A stretch of DNA of 27,791 nucleotides from Bdellovibrionia bacterium (GTDB taxonomy: Bacteria > Bdellovibrionota > UBA1018), in assembly GCA_045805065.1 (NCBI GenBank), contig JBJMMA010000068.1:1-27791 (forward strand). The letters run 5' to 3'. Below, one piece after another: positions 1 through 9,386 of the stretch. The position numbers and the translations under genes were made by a program. Under the pieces are notes generated by a model. That model saw nothing but the letters and a program-made list of their open reading frames with translations. It had not been told where the DNA came from and searched no databases. The number at the start of each line of letters is the position of its first letter. Within the stretch, counting starts at the first letter, position 1.

Positions 1-336
1 AGGTTCATCATACTGAAGGCCAAAGAGCTGGCCTTGGGTCTGAAGGGCCATATAAAGCGGCTCATCCCCTTTATGGAGGGCGATCTTGGGTGCGCTAGAA
101 AGCTTCTCCCGGACTGGGCGCGCGGCGCCGACATGATCCAAATGTCCATGAGTATGAAGGAGATAGCGAATTTCGATCGGAGCCCCACTTGGGGTCTTGG
201 CCTGGGAAACTGCCTTGAGAATGGTCTCGGCCTCATCACCTGGATCGACCAAAAGCCCGTGGCCGGTCTTTGGGCACACGATCAGCCGGCAATTGCACTG
301 GAAAGGTCCTACGACCAAGTTTTTCTCGAGATACAT
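1..336 (-). CDS. MBL-fold metallo-hydrolase, YcbL/GloC (glyoxalase II)-like. Only the N-terminal 112 aa are present; the gene continues past the left edge of the window.
   Basis: Reverse-strand translation from the ATG at 334-336 gives MYLEKNLVVGPFQCNCRLIVCPKTGHGLLVDPGDEAETI...LLHTHGHLDHVGAARP. This contains the HxHxDH zinc-binding motif and an N-terminus closely resembling E. coli YcbL. The tracked + ORF at 34-339 is the antisense of this gene. Confidence 0.8.
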   Translation of the reverse strand, partial: MYLEKNLVVGPFQCNCRLIVCPKTGHGLLVDPGDEAETILKAVSQAKTPSGAPIEIRYLLHTHGHLDHVGAARPVREKLSSAPKIALHKGDEPLYMALQTQGQLFGLQYDEP

Positions 337-455
337 TGATATGACTCTATAGCCCAAAACGCAGTCGAAGTCTGAAAATTTACTTGAATTTGACGCACGG
401 CCGATATCTATAGCCGCTAGGCATTGTTCGTAAGATTTGAAGTGGGGTTTAGGGT

Positions 456-3020
456 ATGAGAATTCGTTCTATTTCGGCCTCTTTGGTCCTCGTTTCGTTG
501 GTTGTTCTAGCCGCAGGTTGCGGAGAGGCAGTCAAGCCACCTGCTGACACTCCAATCATCCGAAAAAGCACTCAAACTTTGGTCAGCACCAACAAGTGCT
601 CTGCCACTTCCACCGAGTGCACCGGCCAAGCCGTTGAAGTCGTCATGACTTTGGACAAGACTCGCATCTTAGGCCGCGAGTTCATGTACAATCTCGACCT
701 TCAGTACTCTTCCCAATTTGATGAAGGTTACAACCTCTACACTCAGAGCGAAGTGATTGGAAACACGCCAGTCGTTTTCCGAATCATGGGCAACACGCTG
801 GAACTCGTCACCGACAACAAGCTGAAATTCCCAAGCGACAATAATCATCCGGAAGACATCATCGGCCGCTTCAGAATCTTGAGTCAGACAGACTCAACCC
901 TCACCGTGTCCGGATTGAACTCGGCTCCTTATCTTGCGACTCAAATGGCCGCGGCCTCTGGCAGCGAGAGCGATAGCGACGAAAAGGCAGCCAAGCCTTC
1001 GATCACGTATCTGGATCATTGGATTCGCAGCTTTGAGTTTGATCCGAACGGAAACTATCTCCTCCAGGAAACCTCGCTCAAGCTCAGCGATGGCAAGACG
1101 ATTGTCGAGTTTATGGAATCGATCTACCCACGCGAGACGCTGAAGCCCGGCGCAAACTTCGAGAAATTTGAAATGGATCCGGAAGATCCAGTGGGCGCAG
1201 CCGAAGGAACTGTCGCGCGTTTCCGCTTCCTTCCAGCCGACACCATCACTCTTCACGACAAGACCAGCGAGAAGAAACTCGCCTTCGCCGAGCACTATGA
1301 CATCTCCGGCGCTGATACGACCATCGATTGGTATGTCACTCCGAACATCCCTGACGAATACATCGCGCCAGTCAAGCAAGCTGTCGAAGGCTGGAATCGC
1401 TACTTCGTGAAGATGAAGGGCATTGAGCGCCCTGTGATGCGCTTCATGGGAAAACTCCCAGCCAACATCCACATCGGCGATCCACGCTACAACGTGATCA
1501 ACTGGGATAGCCGACTCATCGCCGGCGCAGCTTACGAAAGTCAGGCTGCAGACCCTGAGACCGGCCGCCAAAGCCACAGCGTGATCTATATGCCAGCAGC
1601 ATGGCTGAAGATCGGCACCGATTACTGGGCCAAGGGAATTGGATCAGACACGCAGTCTGGACCAGCTCCTGCGCCAGGTGCAGGCGTTCGCGCTTCCCGC
1701 AATGTGCGTTGCTCTCGCGATCTTGCGGATGCAGCAAGACTTCTCGCTTCCGGACGGGTTCTTGAAGATGATCTCAAGAACTTCGGCGTTGAGCTTCTCA
1801 AGCAAACCCTCTTCCACGAAGTGGGTCACGCCCTGGGATTCGCCCACAACTTCAAGGGCTCACTCTCTTATGATCCAGCTGATTCCAAGTCGATGTTCTC
1901 GACCTCGATCATGGATTACAACGATTATGAAATCGAGCGCGGTGCCTTCTTTGACGTCAACTCAGAAGACGGACCTCTGCTCGAATATGATCGCCAGCTC
2001 ATGAGCGCTCTTTACAACAAGGGACAAGACATCTCCGCCAAGGACGTTGTCCTTCCTGCTTGTAACGATGCGGAAGCCGATAACGAAGACAAGGGAGTTG
2101 ACCCTCTCTGCATTCGTTACGACATCGAGAAAGATCCAACCGCATCGATTGCCATGGCAATTCATCGCGTTGAAGACGCTCAGGTCGATTCACGCAATGT
2201 CTCGCTTTCTCAGGCTCTGAGCAGAATCGCAGCGCTGACTCTCTCAGACGAGAAGCTTCAGTCTGCAAAGAAGAAAGAAGACGTTCAAGCTCTCACCAAG
2301 AAGTTCGCAGGCTCGCTCAAGGGCTCGCTCGACTTCTACATTGTCTCGGACGTTGCAGCTCTCGCTCGCACGGTTCGCACGAACGTGAAGGCTCTCCTTG
2401 AGATCGGCGGAACCCTGCCTGAAGGCTACGATGCTCAAAAGATGCGCGAGAGCGTGTTTACTGGCATCCAGAAGGTTCTCTCCATGACGGATCTTCCAGC
2501 GGCGCCGAAGAAGGCCTATGAAGATGCGGCTCAAGCCGGACTTGCTCGCCTTGCTTTGACTCCATTTGCTCAAAGCCAGCCTGAAGCAGAACGTCCAAAG
2601 CTTTCGGCCGAAGCTTCCAAGGCTATCGCTCAAGAGATGGATGCTTTCTTGAAGGATACCGACAAGGGTCTTCCTGCTGCGCGCGCTAAGCTGATCACCG
2701 CGCTTGCTCGTCACAAGAAAGTCGATTTCTTTGCTGGTAAGTTGGAAGATAAGAAGGACAGTGCATCCCAACAGGATTACGAGACTGCCATCGTCAGCCT
2801 GCTTGCGGATATCACTTCGTCTGTCACCCGCACATCCGTTGAAAGAATCGCTGCAGCAAAAGCATTGGCGACTTACAAAGATCGCGGAACTGGCGAAAAG
2901 GCAATTGACGCGATTCGCGCAGGCCTTCTTGCTGAGCGTGACGCAAGCCCCGCATCCAACGATGCGCGTCGCACGATTGAGTCTGTAGTCAAAGCGCTCG
3001 GCTTAAAGAAGTCGCACTAA
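456..3020 (+). CDS. Secreted lipoprotein zinc metalloprotease of the metzincin superfamily, with a long C-terminal Ala/Lys-rich helical region.
   Basis: The N-terminus MRIRSISASLVLVSLVVLAAGC carries a signal peptide and a lipobox Cys. The zinc-binding motif HEVGHALGFAH is HExxHxxGxxH. A downstream SIMDY is a candidate Met-turn. The ORF is 854 aa. Confidence 0.85.
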   Translation: MRIRSISASLVLVSLVVLAAGCGEAVKPPADTPIIRKSTQTLVSTNKCSATSTECTGQAVEVVMTLDKTRILGREFMYNLDLQYSSQFDEGYNLYTQSEVIGNTPVVFRIMGNTLELVTDNKLKFPSDNNHPEDIIGRFRILSQTDSTLTVSGLNSAPYLATQMAAASGSESDSDEKAAKPSITYLDHWIRSFEFDPNGNYLLQETSLKLSDGKTIVEFMESIYPRETLKPGANFEKFEMDPEDPVGAAEGTVARFRFLPADTITLHDKTSEKKLAFAEHYDISGADTTIDWYVTPNIPDEYIAPVKQAVEGWNRYFVKMKGIERPVMRFMGKLPANIHIGDPRYNVINWDSRLIAGAAYESQAADPETGRQSHSVIYMPAAWLKIGTDYWAKGIGSDTQSGPAPAPGAGVRASRNVRCSRDLADAARLLASGRVLEDDLKNFGVELLKQTLFHEVGHALGFAHNFKGSLSYDPADSKSMFSTSIMDYNDYEIERGAFFDVNSEDGPLLEYDRQLMSALYNKGQDISAKDVVLPACNDAEADNEDKGVDPLCIRYDIEKDPTASIAMAIHRVEDAQVDSRNVSLSQALSRIAALTLSDEKLQSAKKKEDVQALTKKFAGSLKGSLDFYIVSDVAALARTVRTNVKALLEIGGTLPEGYDAQKMRESVFTGIQKVLSMTDLPAAPKKAYEDAAQAGLARLALTPFAQSQPEAERPKLSAEASKAIAQEMDAFLKDTDKGLPAARAKLITALARHKKVDFFAGKLEDKKDSASQQDYETAIVSLLADITSSVTRTSVERIAAAKALATYKDRGTGEKAIDAIRAGLLAERDASPASNDARRTIESVVKALGLKKSH

Positions 3021-3063
3021 GACGTCGCAATCAGAATGGTATCGAGATTGCTCGAGCGAAGGT

Positions 3064-4977
3064 ATGCAACAACCTTCGCTCGACGATCTTTCGGCCATTG
3101 CTAATCAACTTCGTATTCTCTCCATCGAATCCACGACCGCCGCAGGAAGCGGGCACCCGACTTCTTGCTGCTCGGCAGCGGACCTCGTTGCAGGCCTTTT
3201 CTTTGGCCAGATGCGCCTCAATCCGTCGCAACCCCGCGCCAAAGAGAACGACCGATTTATTCTCTCAAAAGGCCATGCAGCTCCCCTGCTCTACGCGGTT
3301 TGGGCAGAGCTTGGACATATCAAGCGCGAGGATCTGAAAGAGCTCAGAAAAATCAATTCACCTCTGGAAGGACATCCCACCCCACGACTGGATTTCGTGG
3401 ATGTGGCGACAGGCTCTCTGGGCCAGGGTCTGAGCGCAGGCGTTGGGATGGCCATCGATGCGCGCATGGATGGACTGGACACTCACACTTACGTTTTGCT
3501 GGGCGATGGCGAGATGGCAGAAGGAAGTGTTTGGGAGGCCGCATCTTTTGCAGGCCTTCGAAAACTTGAGAATCTTGTCGCCATCGTCGACGTCAATCGT
3601 CTGGGGCAAAACTCAGCCACCGCGTTTGGGTGGGATCTCGATGTTTATCGCAAACGCTTTGAAGCCTTTGGCTGGGACGCCATTGAGATTGATGGCCACG
3701 AGATGGACGCCATCATGAAGGCTTATGCTGAAGCTGGAAAAACCGGAAAGCCTCTCGCCATCATTGCCCGCACCCTCAAAGGGAAAGGCATTCCTGATGT
3801 GGAAGGAAAACTCGATTGGCACGGAAAGCCCTTGAAGCCTGATATGGCAAAGCGTGCGATCGATGCCCTCTCGCCTCACGCAAAATCCGCCTGGGGCTGG
3901 ATTGCTCCTCAAAAACCTATAGCTGTCTCAGGCAAGGCGCAAGCCTCTAAGCCTGCACAAGCTCCATCTGAGTCTTCTCAAAACCTGGCTTACAAAAAAG
4001 GCGATGAGGTCGCGCCTCGCAAAGCTTTTGGAAACGCCTTGGCGCGCTTGGGATCTCAAATTCCTGAAATGGTCGTTCTCGATGGCGACGTCGGCAACTC
4101 GACTCACACGGACGATTTTGCCAAGAAATACCCGGACCGCTTTGTCGAATGTTACATCGCCGAGCAGAACATGATCGGCATGGCGACAGGCTTTTCGGCT
4201 CGCGGAAAAATTCCCGTGGTCTCAACCTTTGCCGCATTCCTGTCACGCGCTTACGACCAGATCCGCATGGCTGCAGTATCGCAATCCGACCTTAAGATGG
4301 TTGGAACCCATACGGGCGTCAGCATCGGCGATGATGGCGCTTCGCAAATGGGACTTGAGGACATCGCGTCCTTCCGAGCCGTCCACGGAACCGTCGTCTT
4401 TGGACCATCCGACGCCGTGAGCACTGAACGTCTCATCGAAATCATGATGCGCGAAAAAGGGATGTTCTACCTGAGAGCGACTCGCGCGGCCTGCCCGGTT
4501 CTTTACTCCTCTGACGAGAAGTTTGAGATCGGCGGCGCAAAGATTCTCAAGCAAAGCGACAAGGACCAGGTCACTGTCATCGCTACGGGGATCACCGTTT
4601 TTGAAGCTTTAAAGGCTTGTGAAGAACTTTCTCAAAAGGGAATCGCCGTGACTGTGATTGATGCTTACAGCATCAAGCCACTGGCAAAAGATCTCATCAC
4701 CCAGTGCATGCGAAAAACCGGAAACGAGATCATCACCGTGGAAGACCATAATGCCGAAGGCGGTCTGGGTGACGCGGTTGCAGGAGAGCTCAGCCTCGAA
4801 GGCGCCCGGGTCACGAAGCTTGCGGTCCGAGATCTTCCGCACTCAGGCACTAAGGATGAGCTTCTGGAGAAATACCGAATTAATCACACAGCCATCATTG
4901 AGGCCGTCCAAAACGTTATTCAGAATAGAGGGCAGAATAAAGAGCAATCGAAAGATCGCAAAGCTTCTGCGGCGTAA
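3064..4977 (+). CDS. tkt: Transketolase, short single-chain form (N- and C-terminal halves joined by an Ala/Pro/Ser-rich linker).
   Basis: The N-terminal half has the TPP-binding motifs GHPTSCCSAADLVAGLFF, DRFILSKGHA and GDGEMAEGSVWEA. The C-terminal half has the pyrimidine-binding domain EQNMIGMATGFSARGKIPVVSTFAAFLSRAYDQIR and the C-terminal transketolase domain. The ORF is 637 aa. The start is preceded by GAAGGT. Confidence 0.85.
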   Translation: MQQPSLDDLSAIANQLRILSIESTTAAGSGHPTSCCSAADLVAGLFFGQMRLNPSQPRAKENDRFILSKGHAAPLLYAVWAELGHIKREDLKELRKINSPLEGHPTPRLDFVDVATGSLGQGLSAGVGMAIDARMDGLDTHTYVLLGDGEMAEGSVWEAASFAGLRKLENLVAIVDVNRLGQNSATAFGWDLDVYRKRFEAFGWDAIEIDGHEMDAIMKAYAEAGKTGKPLAIIARTLKGKGIPDVEGKLDWHGKPLKPDMAKRAIDALSPHAKSAWGWIAPQKPIAVSGKAQASKPAQAPSESSQNLAYKKGDEVAPRKAFGNALARLGSQIPEMVVLDGDVGNSTHTDDFAKKYPDRFVECYIAEQNMIGMATGFSARGKIPVVSTFAAFLSRAYDQIRMAAVSQSDLKMVGTHTGVSIGDDGASQMGLEDIASFRAVHGTVVFGPSDAVSTERLIEIMMREKGMFYLRATRAACPVLYSSDEKFEIGGAKILKQSDKDQVTVIATGITVFEALKACEELSQKGIAVTVIDAYSIKPLAKDLITQCMRKTGNEIITVEDHNAEGGLGDAVAGELSLEGARVTKLAVRDLPHSGTKDELLEKYRINHTAIIEAVQNVIQNRGQNKEQSKDRKASAA

Positions 4978-4985
4978 AGGGTCAG

Positions 4986-5711
4986 TTAGAGCTGCCAGTC
5001 GAGATAAGGATAAGTGCCGTCTTTTTCTTTTTCCTTTTTCTCTTCGATCAATTCTTTGATTTTCTGCGAATCATTGAACTCAGCTTCCAAATGCCTTGCA
5101 AGCTGCTCAATCGAGAAGTCCACATGGACTTCATCCCCATGGACCGCACGATCACTGAGCACTTCTAGGGCTGCCTTGTTCTGATCCGTGTTCATAAATT
5201 CGTCCACGATACGCCTTGTCATCGGCACCATTTGAGCCACGTTGACGCCCGATGAAACGACTTTAACGCCTGTGAGCGTCGCCTCTGTGCCAAACTTCTG
5301 GAAGAGCTTTTTCGTAACAAATGGCAGGATCTTCTCAGTCACCTTCAAGGTGAACTTTGCTCCTGCAACGCCACGAACAATCCCACTTCCAGGAAGCGCG
5401 ATCCATACGACCGGCGCAGCCACCTCATTGGAGTAATATTGATATTTTTCCTGATTCCTCAAGCCATCGATTTCTTCCGAGTCCAAATCGAGCTCAATCG
5501 GCCCCAGGACGCGGCACCCTTTGGGTCCGCAAAGCTCAAGAACCGTTCTGCCTTTGGCGACTTTGGAGTACCGAAGCGAGTAAGGATCTTTCGGATCCTT
5601 GGAGCGCACATCCGAGCGCGCCGATAGCGAGACAAAGCCAAAAACGAAAAACAGGGTGCTCAATGCTGCTTGCCAATACCAACGCTTTATCACTCGAATC
5701 CTTCTCTCCAT
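4986..5711 (-). CDS. Hypothetical membrane-anchored or secreted protein of unknown function.
   Basis: The ORF is 244 aa in the tracker. It has an N-terminal hydrophobic segment WYWQAALSTLFFVFGFVSLSA. The likely ATG is at 5709-5711, with GAGGG about 11 nt upstream. No recognisable domain. Confidence 0.55.
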   Translation of the reverse strand: MERRIRVIKRWYWQAALSTLFFVFGFVSLSARSDVRSKDPKDPYSLRYSKVAKGRTVLELCGPKGCRVLGPIELDLDSEEIDGLRNQEKYQYYSNEVAAPVVWIALPGSGIVRGVAGAKFTLKVTEKILPFVTKKLFQKFGTEATLTGVKVVSSGVNVAQMVPMTRRIVDEFMNTDQNKAALEVLSDRAVHGDEVHVDFSIEQLARHLEAEFNDSQKIKELIEEKKEKEKDGTYPYLDWQL

Positions 5712-5716
5712 AAAAA

Positions 5717-5742
5717 GCAAACCCTCAACAAAGAGGGCTTGC
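5717..5742 (-). terminator. Stem-loop (GCAAGCCCUC / GAGGGUUUGC) followed by a U-run, downstream of gene 5771-6688. It overlaps the RBS of the next gene.
   Basis: Inverted repeat gcaaaccctc-aacaaa-gagggcttgc with one G-U pair. The A5 run at 5712-5716 becomes a U-run on the minus strand. Confidence 0.35.
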
Positions 5743-5770
5743 TCCTTACGGTGTACAGAGTGCTTTCAGA

Positions 5771-6688
5771 TTATTGTGCCAAACCCGAACTCAATCCCGG
5801 GCTGTCCACGAAAGTAGCGGTCACGGACTTCTCCGCTTTCTTAACTTGAGTGGACGCAATGGCTCGCTCAGCAAGCTTAGGCGCCGAATGAATCACAGAA
5901 TCAACGCTCTCCAGTTTGGAAAAGACGTCGCTTTCTTTCAGCATTTTCTTTTCCTTGATCACGCGATTGATGAGTCCCAGGACGTCATCTTTAAAGACGG
6001 TGCAACCACTATCAGAAATCCGGTCACGATCTGCATAAGTGCGCTCGGAACCGTCTGGCTTTTGACTATACGGAAGAAACCACCCAAGCTTTTCATAATC
6101 TGGTGTGAGAATGAAAAGCGTATTAACGCTATTATGCTTAGAAATGTATTCAAGACTTTCGCTGTCAAAGTACCCTCCAATTGCAACCGAGAAAGTCCCC
6201 ATCACCTTTTCCAACTCAGCTAAGGCAGAACTGATTTCTGGATCCTGCTTGAAGTCTTTTATCGTCTTGAGCAATTGGCTTGCGCAATTATCATCGCTTT
6301 TTGCGGCAGCCTCTACGAATTCTTTACGCATTTCAGGCCCAAGAGTGGATTTAATTCTAGAGTATTCTCGAGCAAGGACAAAGGGTGGCATTTTTCCTTC
6401 AAAGTGCATAGGCCGACAGACCACTTTCCAAGTCGTCTGCGTCACCATACGTTCGTATCCGTTCCAATTGGAGTAAACACTGGACCGATAGCCGCTCTCG
6501 TAGCTCTCTACCACCTCGTTATTTTTGTTCATCACGCATTCGTCTTCGGCTAGTTTTTGCACATTGGAAACATCACCGGTTTTCTCAATTACGAAAGACT
6601 GTCTCTCTGCTGAGTAAGCACTCTGAGCAAAAAGACCAAAGACAAGCGAAACAAACAAAGCTCCTGTAACATTGCGGCTCTTTTTCAT
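5771..6688 (-). CDS. Hypothetical secreted protein.
   Basis: Start chosen at MKKSRNVTGALFVSLVFGLFAQSAYSA, a classic Sec signal peptide with an AYS-A cleavage site. AGAGGAG lies about 9 nt upstream. About 305 aa. No domain recognised. Confidence 0.6.
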   Translation of the reverse strand: MKKSRNVTGALFVSLVFGLFAQSAYSAERQSFVIEKTGDVSNVQKLAEDECVMNKNNEVVESYESGYRSSVYSNWNGYERMVTQTTWKVVCRPMHFEGKMPPFVLAREYSRIKSTLGPEMRKEFVEAAAKSDDNCASQLLKTIKDFKQDPEISSALAELEKVMGTFSVAIGGYFDSESLEYISKHNSVNTLFILTPDYEKLGWFLPYSQKPDGSERTYADRDRISDSGCTVFKDDVLGLINRVIKEKKMLKESDVFSKLESVDSVIHSAPKLAERAIASTQVKKAEKSVTATFVDSPGLSSGLAQ

Positions 6689-6811
6689 ACGATCAAAACT
6701 CCTCTGATTCGGAACAAGATCTTCCGACGCCACATCTCATTGAGCAAGGGATGCGCCAGCAGTAGATGCCAGTTCTTCCGAGAGCTTAGAGAATGAACCG
6801 TGAATTTGAAC

Positions 6812-6828
6812 TGTCTAAACTTTAGACA
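6812..6828. promoter_or_regulatory. 17-bp near-perfect palindrome TGTCTAAAcTTTAGACA. It is a candidate operator, about 125 bp upstream of the secreted-protein gene and downstream of ppc.
   Basis: Read directly from the sequence. There is no U-run on either side, so it is unlikely to be a terminator. Confidence 0.3.
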
Positions 6829-6877
6829 AGTGCTGAAGGAAGTTGATAGTCAGTCCGGGTAGATACAGACTGCGCGC

Positions 6878-9238
6878 TTATCCCGTCGTGAGCATTCCGC
6901 TCGCGATGCCTGTTACTGTTTCACGAGTCAAAAGCACATCACGGCTTCCGCGATTGGCGATCTGAAGAAGGTTGAGCGGATGAATCATCGGGGATCGCAA
7001 TCGGATACTTTCTCCCAACCACTCGCGGTACCAGAGATAGTCTTTCTGACCGGACACCTGGCGAAAGAAGTCCTTCACAAGCTCAAGTTCAGAGACAAAA
7101 TTTTGATAAGCCATCTCCACTTGCCTTGCAGGCAAGCCACTCTGCTCCAGATAGATTCTCCAAACAGGAAGCTCGATCTTGGCGAGCGTAAACCCGAGAA
7201 GCTTCACATAAGAGCGAAACAAGGCATCCTCTTTAAAGACACGCTTGAGCTCGCGCTTATCCTGAGAAGAAAGCTCAGACCAGGCGCCCCCCACTCCCCA
7301 CCACGTCGGAAAAAGAGTACGCGTCTGAGTCCAGCAAAGTACCCAAGGGATTGCTCGGAGCGAAGATAACGAAAGCGTGGCGGCACGCTTGGTAGGTCTT
7401 GATCCAATGCGAAGCTTTTGAAGATCTGAATAAGGCGTGGCTCGCTGAACCATTTCCAAAAACTCAGGAGAGCTCACCTGCTTGCGATAATAATGAGAGA
7501 CTCGATCTGCAAATCGCTGAAGCGTTCGCGAGGATCCCGGCTGTGTTTTGGATTTTGCGCGCGTCCGGCTTTCCCACTGCCCGACCACAGCTTCCATCTG
7601 TCGCTCAGTGATCTCAGGCGTCGAGAAAGCTCGCTCAACCATCTCGCCTTGGACGGTCACCTTATAAAGAGACAGCGCGCTCTTTGGCCAGCCTGCGGTC
7701 TGCTCTTCGATCGATCCGCCGCCTCGGTCAACGCTTCCGCCTGCGCCATGAAAGAAAAGCGGCGAGACACCTTTACTTCGACAGAGCCGATCCAGCGCTC
7801 GAATCGTTCTTGAAATGGCCAGGCGGCTTGGGAGCACTCCCATTTCCTTGGCAGAGTCCGAATAGCCCAACATCACTTCTAGGTACCCATTCCAATATGC
7901 CGGAATGGCCTTACGGATCTGTCGATCCGCAAGCATCGCACTCACGATCTCCTGAGAATGCTCCAGAGCGGAGGCCTGCTCAAAGAGAGGGATCACTGGA
8001 AGCTCGAGGTCCCCAAAAACACGTGTAACCAAATCACATGCCGCGCGGATATCGGCCATGTCGCGAGTCATGCTGATGACCATTCCGCGGGCGTACCATC
8101 GCGGATTTCCACCGCGCGATACTTGTTGAACTTTTTTCAGCATCCGCTCAATCGCAAAGCCCCGCTTGCTTTGAGTCTCAATCAGAACATCAGACGATTC
8201 TCGAAGCTCGAGCGGAATCACAAGCGCCGGAAAGACATGAAAGAGCTTTCTCAGCATCCGAAAAGAAGGATGCATCACATGGACAATGTCCAGATAAGAG
8301 CTGGCAAACTGGCGAAGGGCTGTCCTTAGCTTTTGAATTCGCCCCCCATCCCCTGCTTCGATCGTCTTGAGCCGGGAAAAATCACGAAAAACCGTGCGAT
8401 ACTGCTGCATCAGATTTTTCGATAAGGGTGAATGAGGCAAAAGAAGAAGACTCTGCTCAATCTCCTTAAGAAGGCTTTGCGTAAAGCGATGCAATCGGAT
8501 GCGCGAGGCATTTAAGCTTTGCTGAGTGGCTTTTTCAGTCACACCCGGATGGCCATCTTTATCTCCGCCCACCCAGCTTCTAAAATAAAAAGGCACTCTG
8601 TCATTTGCCGCCAGAATGGCTCGCAGGATCTCGGGCTTTAACAGAATCGAGTAAAGGTAGACCGCCTCGTCTTCAACGCTGGGTTTTCGGTTTCGAGCGA
8701 TCGGAACGCGCCAGGCGAGCTCAAGCTCATGCTCAAGCCTTGCATGAATTTTCTCCCAACCCGATTCTCCCTTCTCAAAGCCTTCCAGCAGAAGCTCTTG
8801 AATGCGATGAAAGAGCGCAACGTTTTCAGGAGATCTTGCTTCCGTCGGGTGCGCAGTCAGAACGGATACGATTCCATCGGGCACGCTTTGAAAACGCTTC
8901 TCAGATTGATCGAGAGTTTGAAGCTTCCGTCTCAACCGGTAAGTGCGCCAGGCATTTTCACAAGCGTTCATGAGCTCAAGGAGCAGAGAGAACGCATGTC
9001 CCACCGCGCGTCTCTGATCACGATCCAGGCGCGACAGTACTTCATAACGTCGAACAAGTCGTCGATGAGCTTGATCCGTCGAAAGGCCGCGAAGCGAAGC
9101 CATCTCTCGTCGGGTTGCCTCGATGATCTGATACTCTTTTTCACCGCGCTCACGGCGAATAATCTCCCCGAGGAGAGCACCCGAAGCGCTGACCATATGA
9201 CGAAGTTCGGGCGTAAGCTCAACGCGGTGCTGCAGCAT
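6878..9238 (-). CDS. ppc: Phosphoenolpyruvate carboxylase.
   Basis: Carries the PEPC signature motifs VLTAHPTE and GYSDSAKEMG...FHGAGGSVDRGGG. The C-terminus ends ...GMLTTG, close to the canonical ...NTG end. 786 aa. Confidence 0.9.
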   Translation of the reverse strand: MLQHRVELTPELRHMVSASGALLGEIIRRERGEKEYQIIEATRREMASLRGLSTDQAHRRLVRRYEVLSRLDRDQRRAVGHAFSLLLELMNACENAWRTYRLRRKLQTLDQSEKRFQSVPDGIVSVLTAHPTEARSPENVALFHRIQELLLEGFEKGESGWEKIHARLEHELELAWRVPIARNRKPSVEDEAVYLYSILLKPEILRAILAANDRVPFYFRSWVGGDKDGHPGVTEKATQQSLNASRIRLHRFTQSLLKEIEQSLLLLPHSPLSKNLMQQYRTVFRDFSRLKTIEAGDGGRIQKLRTALRQFASSYLDIVHVMHPSFRMLRKLFHVFPALVIPLELRESSDVLIETQSKRGFAIERMLKKVQQVSRGGNPRWYARGMVISMTRDMADIRAACDLVTRVFGDLELPVIPLFEQASALEHSQEIVSAMLADRQIRKAIPAYWNGYLEVMLGYSDSAKEMGVLPSRLAISRTIRALDRLCRSKGVSPLFFHGAGGSVDRGGGSIEEQTAGWPKSALSLYKVTVQGEMVERAFSTPEITERQMEAVVGQWESRTRAKSKTQPGSSRTLQRFADRVSHYYRKQVSSPEFLEMVQRATPYSDLQKLRIGSRPTKRAATLSLSSLRAIPWVLCWTQTRTLFPTWWGVGGAWSELSSQDKRELKRVFKEDALFRSYVKLLGFTLAKIELPVWRIYLEQSGLPARQVEMAYQNFVSELELVKDFFRQVSGQKDYLWYREWLGESIRLRSPMIHPLNLLQIANRGSRDVLLTRETVTGIASGMLTTG

Positions 9239-9386
9239 GACCGTTCAGTTCTAGCACGTCGGCAAATCAAATCAATTCGCTGCGCGGCACGCTCTACTCG
9301 CCGCATCATGATCAAAGCAATGGACAGTGTTTTGAGCTTTTGCTAGTTACGCGATCCGTCCTTGGACGAAAGGGAAAGATATAATT

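Noticed and set aside
34-339. Tracked + strand ORF of 101 aa.
   Set aside because: The opposite strand encodes the N-terminus of a YcbL/GloC-type MBL hydrolase with a clear HxHxDH motif. The + ORF is its antisense shadow.
340-455. Direct repeat TCTATAGCC (about 350-360 and 404-414) in the divergent MBL/metalloprotease promoter region.
   Set aside because: Only 9 bp and two copies. It could be a regulator site, but it is too short to distinguish from chance, so it is not reported as a finding.
894-1577. 227-aa - strand ORF inside the metalloprotease gene. Also 2244-2771 (-) and 1999-2268 (-).
   Set aside because: They are antisense to a well-supported 854-aa gene with a catalytic motif. No RBS and no domain. 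Typical GC-driven spurious ORFs.
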